A stretch of 64,000 bases of DNA, from contig JAFXEU010000005.1 in the NCBI GenBank assembly GCA_017520845.1, positions 12,660-76,659 on the forward strand, written 5' to 3'. Below are positions 32,512 to 42,026 of this stretch, piece by piece (the stretch's first letter is position 1; each line of letters starts with the position of its first letter). A program made the position numbers and the translations under genes. The notes under the pieces are model-generated. The model was not told where the DNA came from. It did not search any database and saw only the letters and a list, made by a program, of their open reading frames with translations. This stretch comes from Kiritimatiellia bacterium. GTDB taxonomy: Bacteria > Verrucomicrobiota > Kiritimatiellia > RFP12 > UBA1067.

Positions 32512-35214
32512 ATGATGGACAAGCATTACGACGCTAAGTCAGCCGAAGCAAAGTGGTATCCGCTTTGGGAGAAGAACGGTTATTTTCATCAGGAGCCTCG
32601 CGACGGCGAGAGCTATTCCGTAGTAATTCCGCCGCCGAACGTGACGGGTATTCTTCACATGGGTCATGCGCTTAACCAGACGATTCAGGATATTCTCGTC
32701 AGATGGCGCCGTATGCAGGGTAAGAATACGCTTTGGCTCCCCGGTACCGATCACGCCGGCATTGCGACTCAGAACGTCGTCGAGAAGGCGCTTCGCAAGG
32801 AGGGTAAGCGTCGTCAGGATCTCGGGCGCGAGGCTTTCGTCGAGCGTGTCTGGGAGTGGAAGAAGCAGTACGGCGGAACGATCGTTCATCAGCAGCGTAT
32901 GCTCGGCAATTCAACCGACTGGTCGCGCGAGCGCTTTACGCTCGACGAGGGTTGCTCGAAGGCTGTCGCGAAGGTCTTTACTCAGCTTTACAACGAGGGC
33001 CTCATCTACAAGGGCAACTACATCGTAAACTGGTGTCCCCGTTGCGGTACGGCTCTCGCGAATGACGAAGTCGAGCACGAGGCGAATCACGGCCACCTCT
33101 GGTATGTCCGCTATCCCGTCGCGGGCAGCGCCCTCGGCGCGAAGGGCGAGCTTAACAAGGACTATATCTGCGTTGCGACGACGCGTCCTGAAACGCTTCC
33201 CGGCGATACGGCGGTCGCGGTCAATCCGAAGGACGAGCGTTTCGCCGCGATTGTCGGCAAGAACGTCATTCTTCCTCTCACGGGCCGCGAGATTCCCGTT
33301 CTCGCCGACGATTATGTCGAGAAGGAGTTCGGTACCGGTATCGTTAAGATTACGCCCGCACATGATCCTAATGACTTCCTCGTAGGTAAGCGTCATGGTC
33401 TCGAAGAGATCAACATCATGACCGACGACGGCCACATGAACGAGCTCGCGGGCGCGAAGTATGTCGGCATGGACCGCTTTGAATGCCGTAAGGCGCTTGT
33501 TGCCGATCTCGAGGCTGAGGGCTATCTCGATCATATCGAAGATTACGACAATCAGGTCGGCCACTGCTACCGTTGTCATGAGGTCGTCGAGTCGCGTCTT
33601 TCGAAGCAGTGGTTCGTCAGGATGAAGCCGCTCGCCGAGCCCGCCATCGCGGCGGTCAAGTCGGGCGAGGTTAAGTTCGTTCCCGAGCGCTGGAGCAAGA
33701 TTTACTTCAACTGGATGGAGAACATTCAGGACTGGTGCATCTCGCGTCAGCTCTGGTGGGGGCATAGAATTCCTGCGTACACGCTTTGTGGGGAACGGGG
33801 AACGGGGAACGGGGAAGACGAGTTGGTGTTTGTTGCCGAGACCGCCGAGGAGGCGCTTGAGCAGGCGAAGGCCAAGACGGGCAACGCCGCTTTGACGCTC
33901 GCCGATCTCGAGCAGGATCCCGATGTTCTCGATACGTGGTTCAGCTCGTGGCTTTGGCCTTTCTCGACTCTCGGCTGGCCCGAGAAGACGCCCGATCTCG
34001 ATAAGTTCTATCCGACGAGCGATCTCGTAACCGCTCAGGATATCATTTTCTTCTGGGTTGCGCGCATGATGATGGCGGGCATTCACTTTATGGGTAAGCC
34101 TCCGTTTAAGAATATCGTCATTCACGGTATCGTTCGTGCGGCTGACGGCTCGAAGATGTCGAAGTCGAAGGGTAACTCGCTCGATCCGCTGGAGCTTATC
34201 GACGCGTATTCCGCCGACGCTCTCAGATTCTCTATCGCGCTCATTACTTCGCTTGATTGCGATACGAAGGTCAATAAGGAGAAGTTTGAAATCGGCCGCA
34301 ATTTCTGCACGAAGATCTGGAACGCCGCGCGCTTTATGGAGATGCAGGAGGCGAATATCGCTGAGCGCGTCTCGATGGCCGACATTAAGGATTTGACGAG
34401 CGATGAGAAGCACATTCTCTGGGCGACGGACATCGCTTGCAAGAAGCTCGGCGAAATTCTCGAGAACTACCGCATTCAGGACGGTGCGCTCGCGGTTTAC
34501 GATTTCTTCTGGACGCAAATCTGCGACTGGTATGTAGAGTATGCGAAGGACGCTCCCGATAAGGTTCGTGCGTTCGCCGTATTGCGCGACGTATTCTTTA
34601 AGGCGCTTAAGCTCCTTCATCCGTATATGCCGTTCATTACTGAAGAGGTCGCTCATCAGCTCGGCTATCTCAAGGACGGCGAGACTATTATGCTCGCGGA
34701 ATTCCCGAAGGGTTATTCTGACGAAGAGAAATCGGCATGGGGACTTAGCGAAGAGGTTTACGAATTCGTCAACGCCAAGCGCGAGGCGATTACGGCTCTT
34801 CGCGCGCTCCGCGCGGAGTACAAGGTTTCGCCTGCAGTTTTCGTTAAAGCGACGATCGCGACCGATGATAACCGCGCCGCGCTTGAAGTTGAGTCGCTTA
34901 AAAAGGCGATGCGCGCCGAGGCGATTGACTTTACGGCCGCTGGTGCAGATCTTCCGATGCCCTCAAAGCTTACGAAATTCGGTACGGTCTATCTTAGTCT
35001 CGACGGTCTCGTCGACAAGACCGCCGAATCGAAGCGCATCGCGGCTGAACTCGCCAAGCTCGCAGGCTTCATCAAGGCGTTCGAGGCCAAGCTTTCGAAC
35101 GAGAACTTTGTCGCTCATGCTCCCGAGGCCGTTGTCGCCGACGCCCGCAAGAAACTCGCCGACAACAAGGAGAAGGTCGCGCAGCTCGAAAAGCTCGCTA
35201 AGCTCTTCGCGTAA
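32512..35214 (+). CDS. valS: Valyl-tRNA synthetase
   Basis: HIGH motif PPPNVTGILHMGHAL, KMSKS motif GSKMSKSKGN, the CP1 editing domain (TTRPETLPGDTAVAVNP) and a C-terminal coiled coil. Confidence 0.95.
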   Translation: MMDKHYDAKSAEAKWYPLWEKNGYFHQEPRDGESYSVVIPPPNVTGILHMGHALNQTIQDILVRWRRMQGKNTLWLPGTDHAGIATQNVVEKALRKEGKRRQDLGREAFVERVWEWKKQYGGTIVHQQRMLGNSTDWSRERFTLDEGCSKAVAKVFTQLYNEGLIYKGNYIVNWCPRCGTALANDEVEHEANHGHLWYVRYPVAGSALGAKGELNKDYICVATTRPETLPGDTAVAVNPKDERFAAIVGKNVILPLTGREIPVLADDYVEKEFGTGIVKITPAHDPNDFLVGKRHGLEEINIMTDDGHMNELAGAKYVGMDRFECRKALVADLEAEGYLDHIEDYDNQVGHCYRCHEVVESRLSKQWFVRMKPLAEPAIAAVKSGEVKFVPERWSKIYFNWMENIQDWCISRQLWWGHRIPAYTLCGERGTGNGEDELVFVAETAEEALEQAKAKTGNAALTLADLEQDPDVLDTWFSSWLWPFSTLGWPEKTPDLDKFYPTSDLVTAQDIIFFWVARMMMAGIHFMGKPPFKNIVIHGIVRAADGSKMSKSKGNSLDPLELIDAYSADALRFSIALITSLDCDTKVNKEKFEIGRNFCTKIWNAARFMEMQEANIAERVSMADIKDLTSDEKHILWATDIACKKLGEILENYRIQDGALAVYDFFWTQICDWYVEYAKDAPDKVRAFAVLRDVFFKALKLLHPYMPFITEEVAHQLGYLKDGETIMLAEFPKGYSDEEKSAWGLSEEVYEFVNAKREAITALRALRAEYKVSPAVFVKATIATDDNRAALEVESLKKAMRAEAIDFTAAGADLPMPSKLTKFGTVYLSLDGLVDKTAESKRIAAELAKLAGFIKAFEAKLSNENFVAHAPEAVVADARKKLADNKEKVAQLEKLAKLFA
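33790..33817 (+). repeat. Heptanucleotide tandem repeat (GGGGAAC)x3 + GGGGAAG inside valS; a canonical G4-forming motif
   Basis: Read directly as ggggaacggggaacggggaacggggaag. It encodes GERGTGNGE in a variable loop after WWGHRIPAY. Confidence 0.9.
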
Positions 35215-35217
35215 AAA

Positions 35218-36285
35218 TTGAAAGCGCTCGTTCTCGGCTACGGTATAAGCGGTAAGGCCGCCGAAAAGACCCTTAAAGAAAAAGGGTATGAGGTTGATGT
35301 TGCCGAAGGGTATGATCTCGTTGTCGCGAGTCCCGCTATTGCAGTTAAGAGCGAGCTTCAGCTCGGTGTCGAGAAGCTTAAGTCGCGCGGCGTCAAGCTT
35401 CTCGCCGTTACCGGCTCGAAGGGTAAGTCGAGCGTCGTTAAGCTCGTTGCCGAGGCGCTTAATCTTTCTGGGCGTAAGGCCGTAGCGTGCGGCAATTACG
35501 GGCTCGCCGTATGCGATGTTGAAGATTGCGAATGGGCTGTAGTTGAGGTTAGTTCCTTTCAACTTGAGACGACGTCGCTTGCGCCGGGGACATTTGAAGC
35601 GGCGACAGTCTTAAATTATCAAGAAGATCATCTAGATCGTCACGGTTCTGTCGAGCTTTACCATTCGCTTAAAAGGCGTCTTCTCGAGATGGCCAAAATC
35701 GCCGTCGAGACCTGCGATGAGGCTAATGATGCGCCGCTTCTTGAAGGCTCGTATTTCGATAATTCGATTCTTCGGTCGAATGGATGCCGCGCTATAGCGC
35801 TTTTGCGGACGGCTGGGCTTAAAGACAGCGAGATCCGCGAGGCGTTTTTGAAGTTTGAGCCGCTTGCCCACAGAATGAACGAAATAGGCGTTTTTCGCGG
35901 GATTAAGTGCATTGATGACTCTAAAGCGACGTCGCTTGCGGCGATGGCGGCGGCGATTGAGATGGTTAAAGGCCCTGTTAGGCTTATCGCGGGAGGGAGA
36001 GCGAAGGGCGATAATCCAAAAATTATTAAAGAACTCTTGACGAAACGGGTCAAAAAAGTGTATCTTATAGGCGAATGCTCAAATGCGTTTTTTGAAGCAT
36101 GGTCTAAGGATGTAGATTGCGAAATCTGCGGCACTTTAGATAAAGCTGTTAAAAGTGCGTTTAAAGATGCGGAAAGCGGCGAAAACTTACTGTTATCGCC
36201 AGGGACCGCGAGCTATGATCAATTTAAAAACTACTCGGAGCGCGGCGAAAAATTCGCGTTTTGGGTGAAACAAGAAGGAAAATAA
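35218..36285 (+). CDS. murD: UDP-N-acetylmuramoylalanine--D-glutamate ligase, compact form
   Basis: VLGYGISGKAA (N-domain), AVTGSKGKSSV (P-loop), DDSKATS and SPGTASYDQFKNYSERG. It appears to start at TTG, 3 nt after the valS stop. At 355 aa it is shorter than the E. coli enzyme (~440 aa). Confidence 0.8.
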   Translation: MKALVLGYGISGKAAEKTLKEKGYEVDVAEGYDLVVASPAIAVKSELQLGVEKLKSRGVKLLAVTGSKGKSSVVKLVAEALNLSGRKAVACGNYGLAVCDVEDCEWAVVEVSSFQLETTSLAPGTFEAATVLNYQEDHLDRHGSVELYHSLKRRLLEMAKIAVETCDEANDAPLLEGSYFDNSILRSNGCRAIALLRTAGLKDSEIREAFLKFEPLAHRMNEIGVFRGIKCIDDSKATSLAAMAAAIEMVKGPVRLIAGGRAKGDNPKIIKELLTKRVKKVYLIGECSNAFFEAWSKDVDCEICGTLDKAVKSAFKDAESGENLLLSPGTASYDQFKNYSERGEKFAFWVKQEGK

Positions 36286-36289
36286 AAAA

Positions 36290-37309
36290 ATGAATAAACT
36301 CGGTTTGGTTCTCTCGCTCGCTGCCGTCGCGGCCGTTTCCGGATGTCTTGATCCTCAGTATAGGAGCAAGCGTACAACAACTCAGGAGCCTACGGTTGGT
36401 AAGCCTGCAGTTTCCTCCGAACCTGTTGAGCCTGTTACTCCCGTCGATGTTACGCCTGATCCTGCTCCGGCTGTGAATGTTGATGTTGTCGATACGCCTG
36501 CTCCTAAGCCTGTCGAGGTCAAGCCGGTTGTGAAGGAACCTGAGTTCACGACTTACATCATTCAGCGCGGCGATACTCTTTCCAAGATTTCCAAGCGTTA
36601 CAATATCAAGATCGACGCCATTAAGGCCAACAATCCCCAGATTAAGAATGACGTTATCCGTCTTGGTCAGAAGATCAAGCTTCCCGGAAAGGTAGATGTC
36701 GGTGAGCAGACAGTTCCTGCAGGGGCGTTCGCTTCAAATCAGACGAAAAGGCCTGCACCCGCTGCCGCTAGTAAGAAAGATCCTGCTCCTGCCAAGGCTT
36801 ATACGGGCGCCACCAAGGAGTATATCGTAAAGAACGGTGATACGCTCGGCGGTATTGCCATCGCCTCGGGTCTTACCGTTCGTCAGCTTAAGGAGTTGAA
36901 CGGCCTTTCTAAGGATATCATTCGCGTTGGCCAGAAGCTTAAAGTTCCCGCTTCCAAGGTTGAAAAGAAGGCTGCTCCCGTATTGACTAATCAGAAGGTT
37001 GCTGAAAAGAAAGTTGATACGGTAAAGCCGACTGAAGCTGCAGCAGATAAGCCTGTTGTCGCGGATGAAGCCGATAAGGAAGAGCCTGTTGCGGATACGC
37101 CCGCCGTTGAGCCTGTTCCCGCCCCTCAGCCTGCCGCAAAAACCGACGCTAAGTATGTCGACTATACCGTCCAGGATGGTGACGATCTTTTCGAAATCGC
37201 TCTTCGCGAGCATTTGACCGTTCCTGAACTCCGTGAAATCAACAATCTCGGTCCGGATGATAAGGTTGAACCGGGAATGGTTATTAAGATTCCCGCTCCC
37301 GCGCTCTAA
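36290..37309 (+). CDS. LysM-repeat lipoprotein (three LysM domains separated by Pro/Ala/Val-rich linkers)
   Basis: Lipobox AAVSG|C. LysM units are YIIQRGDTLSKISKRYNI...GQKIKLP, YIVKNGDTLGGIAIASGL...GQKLKVP and YTVQDGDDLFEIALREHL...GMVIKIP. Confidence 0.85.
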   Translation: MNKLGLVLSLAAVAAVSGCLDPQYRSKRTTTQEPTVGKPAVSSEPVEPVTPVDVTPDPAPAVNVDVVDTPAPKPVEVKPVVKEPEFTTYIIQRGDTLSKISKRYNIKIDAIKANNPQIKNDVIRLGQKIKLPGKVDVGEQTVPAGAFASNQTKRPAPAAASKKDPAPAKAYTGATKEYIVKNGDTLGGIAIASGLTVRQLKELNGLSKDIIRVGQKLKVPASKVEKKAAPVLTNQKVAEKKVDTVKPTEAAADKPVVADEADKEEPVADTPAVEPVPAPQPAAKTDAKYVDYTVQDGDDLFEIALREHLTVPELREINNLGPDDKVEPGMVIKIPAPAL

Positions 37310-37314
37310 GATAA

Positions 37315-38460
37315 GTGCGTAAGAGTGTTTTATATGCCTTGGGCCTGGTTGTCGCGTTGCTCGTGGCGCTGGGCCTGATTGTTCTTTTCAGCGCGAGTGA
37401 AATACGCGCGTCCTTGCGCTATCATGATTCTCTCTTCTTCGTGAAGAGACAGTGCGTGTTTATTTTTACGGGCCTGGTTATGGCGGTTGCGGTCGCGATG
37501 TTCGATTACCGCAACTGGAGGAATCACTGGGGGTTGACGGCGACATTGTTTGTCGGTGTCGTACTGGCCCTGTTGTTTGTCTTCTGCTACGATCCGATCA
37601 AGGGTTCCCAAAGATGGATACCTCTCGGGCCGATAAATTTTCAGCCTGCTGAATTCGCTAAGCTTACGACTATTCTTGCCGTCAGCGTATGGCTCGACCG
37701 CGTTGCGTCGCGGATTGAAACATTCCGTTACGGAGCCGCAATCCCCGTAGTTATAATAGCGTTCTTGGCCCTGCCTGTTTTCTTTCAGCCCGATTTCGGC
37801 TCTGTTATGGTTATCGGTACGGTCGGATTCATGCTGATGTTCGTTGCCGGCACCAGATTCTGGCACATGGCTCCTTTTTTCGGTCTGGGGCTTGCCTTGT
37901 TTGTCTGGAAGGTCGCCAATACGCCGAACCGTATGGCGCGTCTTTTTGCGTTTACCGGAATAACCGTCGAGGGCGGTGAAACGGCCGCGGCCAACGCCTC
38001 GCATCAAAGTGACATGTCGCTCGTCGCCATTAATCGAGGCGGGATTTTCGGCAAGGGGCTTTTACGTTCGATGCAGAAGCAGAATTATCTGCCCGAGGCG
38101 TGGACCGATTTTATTCTGGCGGTAGGAGCTGAGGAGATGGGGCTTATGTTCTCGCTCGCGGTCATCGTTTTGTTTCTGGTGTTTTTCTTTCTTTGTCTCC
38201 ATATAGCGCGTCACGCCGCGGATCGCTTCGGTCAGCTCCTCGTTATCGGTATGACGTTCGCCATATTCTTCCCCGCGATGTTCAATATCGGCGTTGTCTG
38301 CGGAGCGCTGCCGACGAAGGGTATGGCGCTTCCGTTTTTCAGTTACGGCGGAACGCATATCCTCGCATCGTTCTTCGCGCTCGGAATAATTTTTTCCGTC
38401 GGCGTTCATGCCGTGAAAGACAAGAAGCGCGCTTTTCTCCGCAAGATCGTGAAAAACTGA
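37315..38460 (+). CDS. ftsW: SEDS-family peptidoglycan glycosyltransferase (FtsW/RodA)
   Basis: About 10 TM segments. Motifs FQPAEFAKL, QPDFGS, LPEAWTDFILAVGAEEMG and PFFSYGGT. It sits downstream of murD. GTG start. Confidence 0.85.
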   Translation: MRKSVLYALGLVVALLVALGLIVLFSASEIRASLRYHDSLFFVKRQCVFIFTGLVMAVAVAMFDYRNWRNHWGLTATLFVGVVLALLFVFCYDPIKGSQRWIPLGPINFQPAEFAKLTTILAVSVWLDRVASRIETFRYGAAIPVVIIAFLALPVFFQPDFGSVMVIGTVGFMLMFVAGTRFWHMAPFFGLGLALFVWKVANTPNRMARLFAFTGITVEGGETAAANASHQSDMSLVAINRGGIFGKGLLRSMQKQNYLPEAWTDFILAVGAEEMGLMFSLAVIVLFLVFFFLCLHIARHAADRFGQLLVIGMTFAIFFPAMFNIGVVCGALPTKGMALPFFSYGGTHILASFFALGIIFSVGVHAVKDKKRAFLRKIVKN

Positions 38461-38464
38461 TTTT

Positions 38465-39781
38465 ATGAGCGGCTCTTCCCAAGAACATCCGTTGACGGTT
38501 TCGAGACTGACTCTCGAAATTAAAGGGCTTTTGGAAGGCCGGTTCTCTAAAATTTTCATTGAGGGTGAGATCAGCGGACTTAAGCGCTATCCGAGCGGCC
38601 ACGTCTACTTTACGCTTAAAGATGATGGCGCTCAGATTTCGGCGGTGATGTTTAAGTCTTATTTCGATCGTTGCCCTGTTCGTGACAGTCTAAAAGACGG
38701 AGCGAAAGTTTTACTTTTCGCTACAGCGACGGTTTACCCTCAGCGCGGCAATTATCAGCTCTCTGTTTTCGCGGCGAAGCTTGTCGGGGCCGGCGATTTG
38801 ATGCAGCGTTATCTGGAGCTTAAAGACCGTCTCCAAAAGGAAGGTCTTTTCGATTCCTCGAGAAAGCGCCCGCTGCCGTTTCTGCCGCGTCGCATCGGTA
38901 TTGTGACGAGTCCCGCCGGAGCGGTTATCCACGACATGTGCCGCGTCATGACGCGGAGGATGCCTAACGTCGAGATACGCCTTTTCCCCGCCAAGGTCCA
39001 GGGCGCCGATGCTCCCGCTTCATTGATTGCGGGCGTAAAATATTTCATCAATTCATCATCCGCCGATTTTAAGCCTGACGTGATTATCGTCGCGCGCGGC
39101 GGCGGCAGTTTTGAAGATCTGTTCTGCTTCAACGATGAGGGGCTTGTCCGCGCGATCGCGGCCTCTCCTGTTCCGGTCATCTCGGCGGTGGGTCACGAAA
39201 CCGATTACACGCTTTGCGATTTCGTCGCCGATGTCCGCGCGGGAACTCCTTCCATAGCCGCCGAAATCGCCGTCCCGGAGAAGAAAGAACTTCTCAAGCG
39301 CTTGACTGCCGCGCTTTCTTCGGTTACTTCGTCTTTGCGCGGCAAATACGAAAATCAGTCGCAGCGCGTCGATCATCTTTCCGACAGGCTGGCGTATTCA
39401 TTGCGCGAAAGGGTCGACTCCTGCGCGCGCAAGCTTCAGCGGTCCAGTTCATCGCTCGCGCTCCAGCTTGAATCGATGCGATCGAGATGCGCCGTGCATA
39501 TAAAGACCATCAGCGCGTGTTCCGGTTCGCTGTCCGCTTCGCTCAATCTCGCGGTAGAGCGCATGCGCGCTAGGCTCGATCGGTCCGCCGCCAAGCTTTC
39601 GGTTCTCTCTCCGTATTCAGTTTTGGATCGCGGTTATTCACTGACGACCGATTCGGCAGGAGCGATTATAAAAAGCGCCGACGCCGTCTCCGCCGGAGAC
39701 GAGATAGTCACGCGTTTCAAGACAGGTGAAATCAGGTCCGTGGTCAGAAGTCAGGGATTAGGGGATAGGAGTCAGGGGTAA
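38465..39781 (+). CDS. xseA: Exodeoxyribonuclease VII large subunit
   Basis: N-terminal OB fold (LTVSRLTLEIKGLLEG...EGEISGLKRYPSGHVYFTLKD), then GIVTSPAGAVIHD, VARGGGSFEDL and SAVGHETD. Confidence 0.9.
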   Translation: MSGSSQEHPLTVSRLTLEIKGLLEGRFSKIFIEGEISGLKRYPSGHVYFTLKDDGAQISAVMFKSYFDRCPVRDSLKDGAKVLLFATATVYPQRGNYQLSVFAAKLVGAGDLMQRYLELKDRLQKEGLFDSSRKRPLPFLPRRIGIVTSPAGAVIHDMCRVMTRRMPNVEIRLFPAKVQGADAPASLIAGVKYFINSSSADFKPDVIIVARGGGSFEDLFCFNDEGLVRAIAASPVPVISAVGHETDYTLCDFVADVRAGTPSIAAEIAVPEKKELLKRLTAALSSVTSSLRGKYENQSQRVDHLSDRLAYSLRERVDSCARKLQRSSSSLALQLESMRSRCAVHIKTISACSGSLSASLNLAVERMRARLDRSAAKLSVLSPYSVLDRGYSLTTDSAGAIIKSADAVSAGDEIVTRFKTGEIRSVVRSQGLGDRSQG

Positions 39782-39792
39782 GGAGTAGAACG

Positions 39793-40533
39793 GTGTATTA
39801 CATAAACAAAATCGTGGGATTTCTTATAAGCCCGTTGGGTATCGCGATTGCGCTCGCGCTCTTTGCGGCGGTATTCGCGAGGTTGAAACGTGGTCGCACC
39901 GCGAAGTGGATGTGGATTTCCGCCGCCGTGTGGCTGTGGCTCTGGATGACACCCCTGATGACTCTTTTGGTCGGAACGCCGCTTGAGAACGGTTTTCTGA
40001 CCGAAGGTAAAGTTCCCTCCGCGGAGAGTTATCCCGTTGCGGACGCAATCGTCCTTCTCGGCGGATCAATGGGCTCAAACGATGGATTGAGTTCATATGC
40101 CGAAATGTCCGCAAGTGCGGACAGAGTCTGGCAGGCGGCCAGACTGTGGAAGGCCGGCAAGGCTCCTAAAATAATCGCTACGGGCGACGGATCTCGCGAG
40201 AGTACGTTGGGGCTGCTGATCGAGTTCGGCGTTGACGGAAAGTGTGTGGAGTTTATTGATGCCCGCAATACCGAAGAGGAGGCGAAGGGGATTAAAGAAA
40301 AGAAGATTCTTCTGGTGACGAGCGCGTGGCATGCAAAGAGGGCGAGGATGATGTTTGAGAAGTATGCTCCAGGCGTTGAGGTTGTTTCATCGCCGGCGGA
40401 TTTTGAGATGAACATGATGGTTGGGAAAACGCAATGGTGGAAATATTTTGGTGTTGATCCGTATACGTTCCATCTCAATTCCGTCGCGTTTCACGAATGG
40501 GTCGGAATCGTCGGCTATGCGCTTTTTAGGTAA
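39793..40533 (+). CDS. DUF218 (YdcF/ElyC-like) family protein
   Basis: Two N-terminal TM helices, then AIVLLGGS, RVWQAARLWKAGKAPKIIATGD and LLVTSAWHAKRA. GTG start 7 nt after AAGGAG. Confidence 0.8.
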   Translation: MYYINKIVGFLISPLGIAIALALFAAVFARLKRGRTAKWMWISAAVWLWLWMTPLMTLLVGTPLENGFLTEGKVPSAESYPVADAIVLLGGSMGSNDGLSSYAEMSASADRVWQAARLWKAGKAPKIIATGDGSRESTLGLLIEFGVDGKCVEFIDARNTEEEAKGIKEKKILLVTSAWHAKRARMMFEKYAPGVEVVSSPADFEMNMMVGKTQWWKYFGVDPYTFHLNSVAFHEWVGIVGYALFR

Positions 40534-40554
40534 CTTTAGCAAGGAGGACCGAAT

Positions 40555-41433
40555 ATGAAAAAGGTAATGACATACGTTTTTGTATCATTGGCGGTCTTGA
40601 CGTCGGCCTTTAACGCCTACGGAAAAGATCCTGTCTCTGTCGTCGGGAATCGGCAGACGGCCTTAAAGGACGTTATCGCCTCTAAGTGCGATATTATCCG
40701 CACGGATAAATGGTACGGTTACAACCGGATAGTGTTTAAGTTTGAAGGTCATGAGGCGTGGATCGTCGAGCCGAGCTGTGAGCCTCGAGCCGATCGCGCG
40801 TGGACATGGACGATGCAGTGGGCGGATGCGTTTGTCGAGCGCACGGGAGTTTTGGAACTTCTTGGTAAAGGCTGGCATCATGTGACGATCGATACGTTCC
40901 GTCACCGCATGAACGAAGAAGGGCTTCGTGTCAGCAGGGCATATCAGAAATTTCTTGTCGGGGAGCTTGGCTTTAAAGCAAAGGTGAATCTTGTAGGCAT
41001 GAGCTGGGGCGGATTTTTCTCTACGCGGTACGCTTCGCGCTATCCCGACTGCGTTTCTAAAATTTATCTGGACGCGCCGCTTTTGGTGCTTGACCGTTTA
41101 AGAGGTCTGCCTGAGGCCGATACCGTTGAAAAGGCAGAGCGGATAATCGGACCGTGGGCGAGGATGGGAATTAAGTGCGGAGAGTGGAAGGATAATCCGG
41201 AGATGCCGGTCAATCTTGCGGGCAGACTCGCTAAAACCGGAATTCCGATCCTTCTTCTGTATGGCGGCGAGGATCAGACCGTGCCGCCGAAACTGAACAG
41301 CGAGGTTTTCATAGAAAGGTTCAAGGCCGCGGGCGGGAAAATCAACGTGAAAAGGCGGAATCTTTTCGGACACCATCCGCATGGTGAAGAGCGCGGGAGG
41401 ACGGAAGTGATAACGCGCTTTTTTGAGGATTAA
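40555..41433 (+). CDS. Secreted alpha/beta hydrolase
   Basis: Signal peptide, nucleophile elbow LVGMSWGG (GxSxG), LLYGGEDQTVPP (Asp) and a C-terminal GHHPH. SD AAGGAGG upstream. Confidence 0.7.
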   Translation: MKKVMTYVFVSLAVLTSAFNAYGKDPVSVVGNRQTALKDVIASKCDIIRTDKWYGYNRIVFKFEGHEAWIVEPSCEPRADRAWTWTMQWADAFVERTGVLELLGKGWHHVTIDTFRHRMNEEGLRVSRAYQKFLVGELGFKAKVNLVGMSWGGFFSTRYASRYPDCVSKIYLDAPLLVLDRLRGLPEADTVEKAERIIGPWARMGIKCGEWKDNPEMPVNLAGRLAKTGIPILLLYGGEDQTVPPKLNSEVFIERFKAAGGKINVKRRNLFGHHPHGEERGRTEVITRFFED

Positions 41434-41441
41434 ATTTAGTC

Positions 41442-41471
41442 TTGCCTAACTTGTGTGTACTATGAGATAAT
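41442..41471 (+). promoter_or_regulatory. Candidate promoter of the hydrogenase operon (TTGCCT-18 nt-TGaGATAAT)
   Basis: TTGCCT at 41442-41447 and TATGAGATAAT at 41461-41471. The same TATGAGATAMT word precedes the second tRNA operon. Confidence 0.5.
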
Positions 41472-41528
41472 ATAAATAGTTATTTCGTTATCGCTACTTT
41501 TTGATTTAATTAAAAAAGGACAATACCA

Positions 41529-42008
41529 ATGAGCAACAACCTCGAAACGATGACGCCTGAGCTCAGGGCGTTCGTCGAAGAATGGAAGGCAAAGCCGGGT
41601 AATCTTATCATGGTTTTGCATCGTGTACAGCAGACCTACGGGTATATTCCCCGCGAGATCGCCATTGAGACGAGTGAGATTCTCGGCGTTCCGCTCGCCA
41701 AGGTCTACGGCGTTATTACGTTCTATAACTTCTTCCGTCTTCAGAAGGCCGGCAAGTACAACATTCAGGTTTGTCTCGGTACCGCGTGCTATCTCCGCGG
41801 CGGCGACGATATCATCAAGGAATTCGAGCGTCAGCTCGGCGTCGGCGTGAACGCCACGACTTCCGACGGGCTTTTCTCGATCGAGGCCGTGCGCTGCATC
41901 GGCTGCTGCGGTCTCGCTCCCGCCGTCGTCATCAACGGCGAAGTTCACGGTAAGGTCGTCACCGGCGACGTTACGCGTATTCTCAACATTTACCGCGAGC
42001 GCGGCTAA
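41529..42008 (+). CDS. hndA: NuoE-like [2Fe-2S] subunit of a multimeric [FeFe]-hydrogenase (HndA/HydC)
   Basis: Thioredoxin-like [2Fe-2S] motifs CLGTACYLRGG and CIGCCGLAPAVVINGE. Confidence 0.85.
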   Translation: MSNNLETMTPELRAFVEEWKAKPGNLIMVLHRVQQTYGYIPREIAIETSEILGVPLAKVYGVITFYNFFRLQKAGKYNIQVCLGTACYLRGGDDIIKEFERQLGVGVNATTSDGLFSIEAVRCIGCCGLAPAVVINGEVHGKVVTGDVTRILNIYRERG

Positions 42009-42026
42009 GAAAAAAGGAGTTTCAAA

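Noticed and set aside
32911-34656. 581-aa minus-strand ORF antisense to valS
   Set aside because: It lies entirely inside valS, whose HIGH, KMSKS and editing-domain motifs are unambiguous. The antisense translation is Arg/Leu-rich without motifs, so it is a shadow ORF.
39754-39785. G-rich tail at the xseA 3' end (GGGATTAGGGGATAGGAGTCAGGGGTAAGG), considered as a second G-quadruplex or telomere-like repeat
   Set aside because: The G tracts are irregular, with one 10-nt loop, and the last tract is only GG. It also doubles as the SD (AAGGAG) for the next gene. This is weaker than the valS motif and adequately explained.
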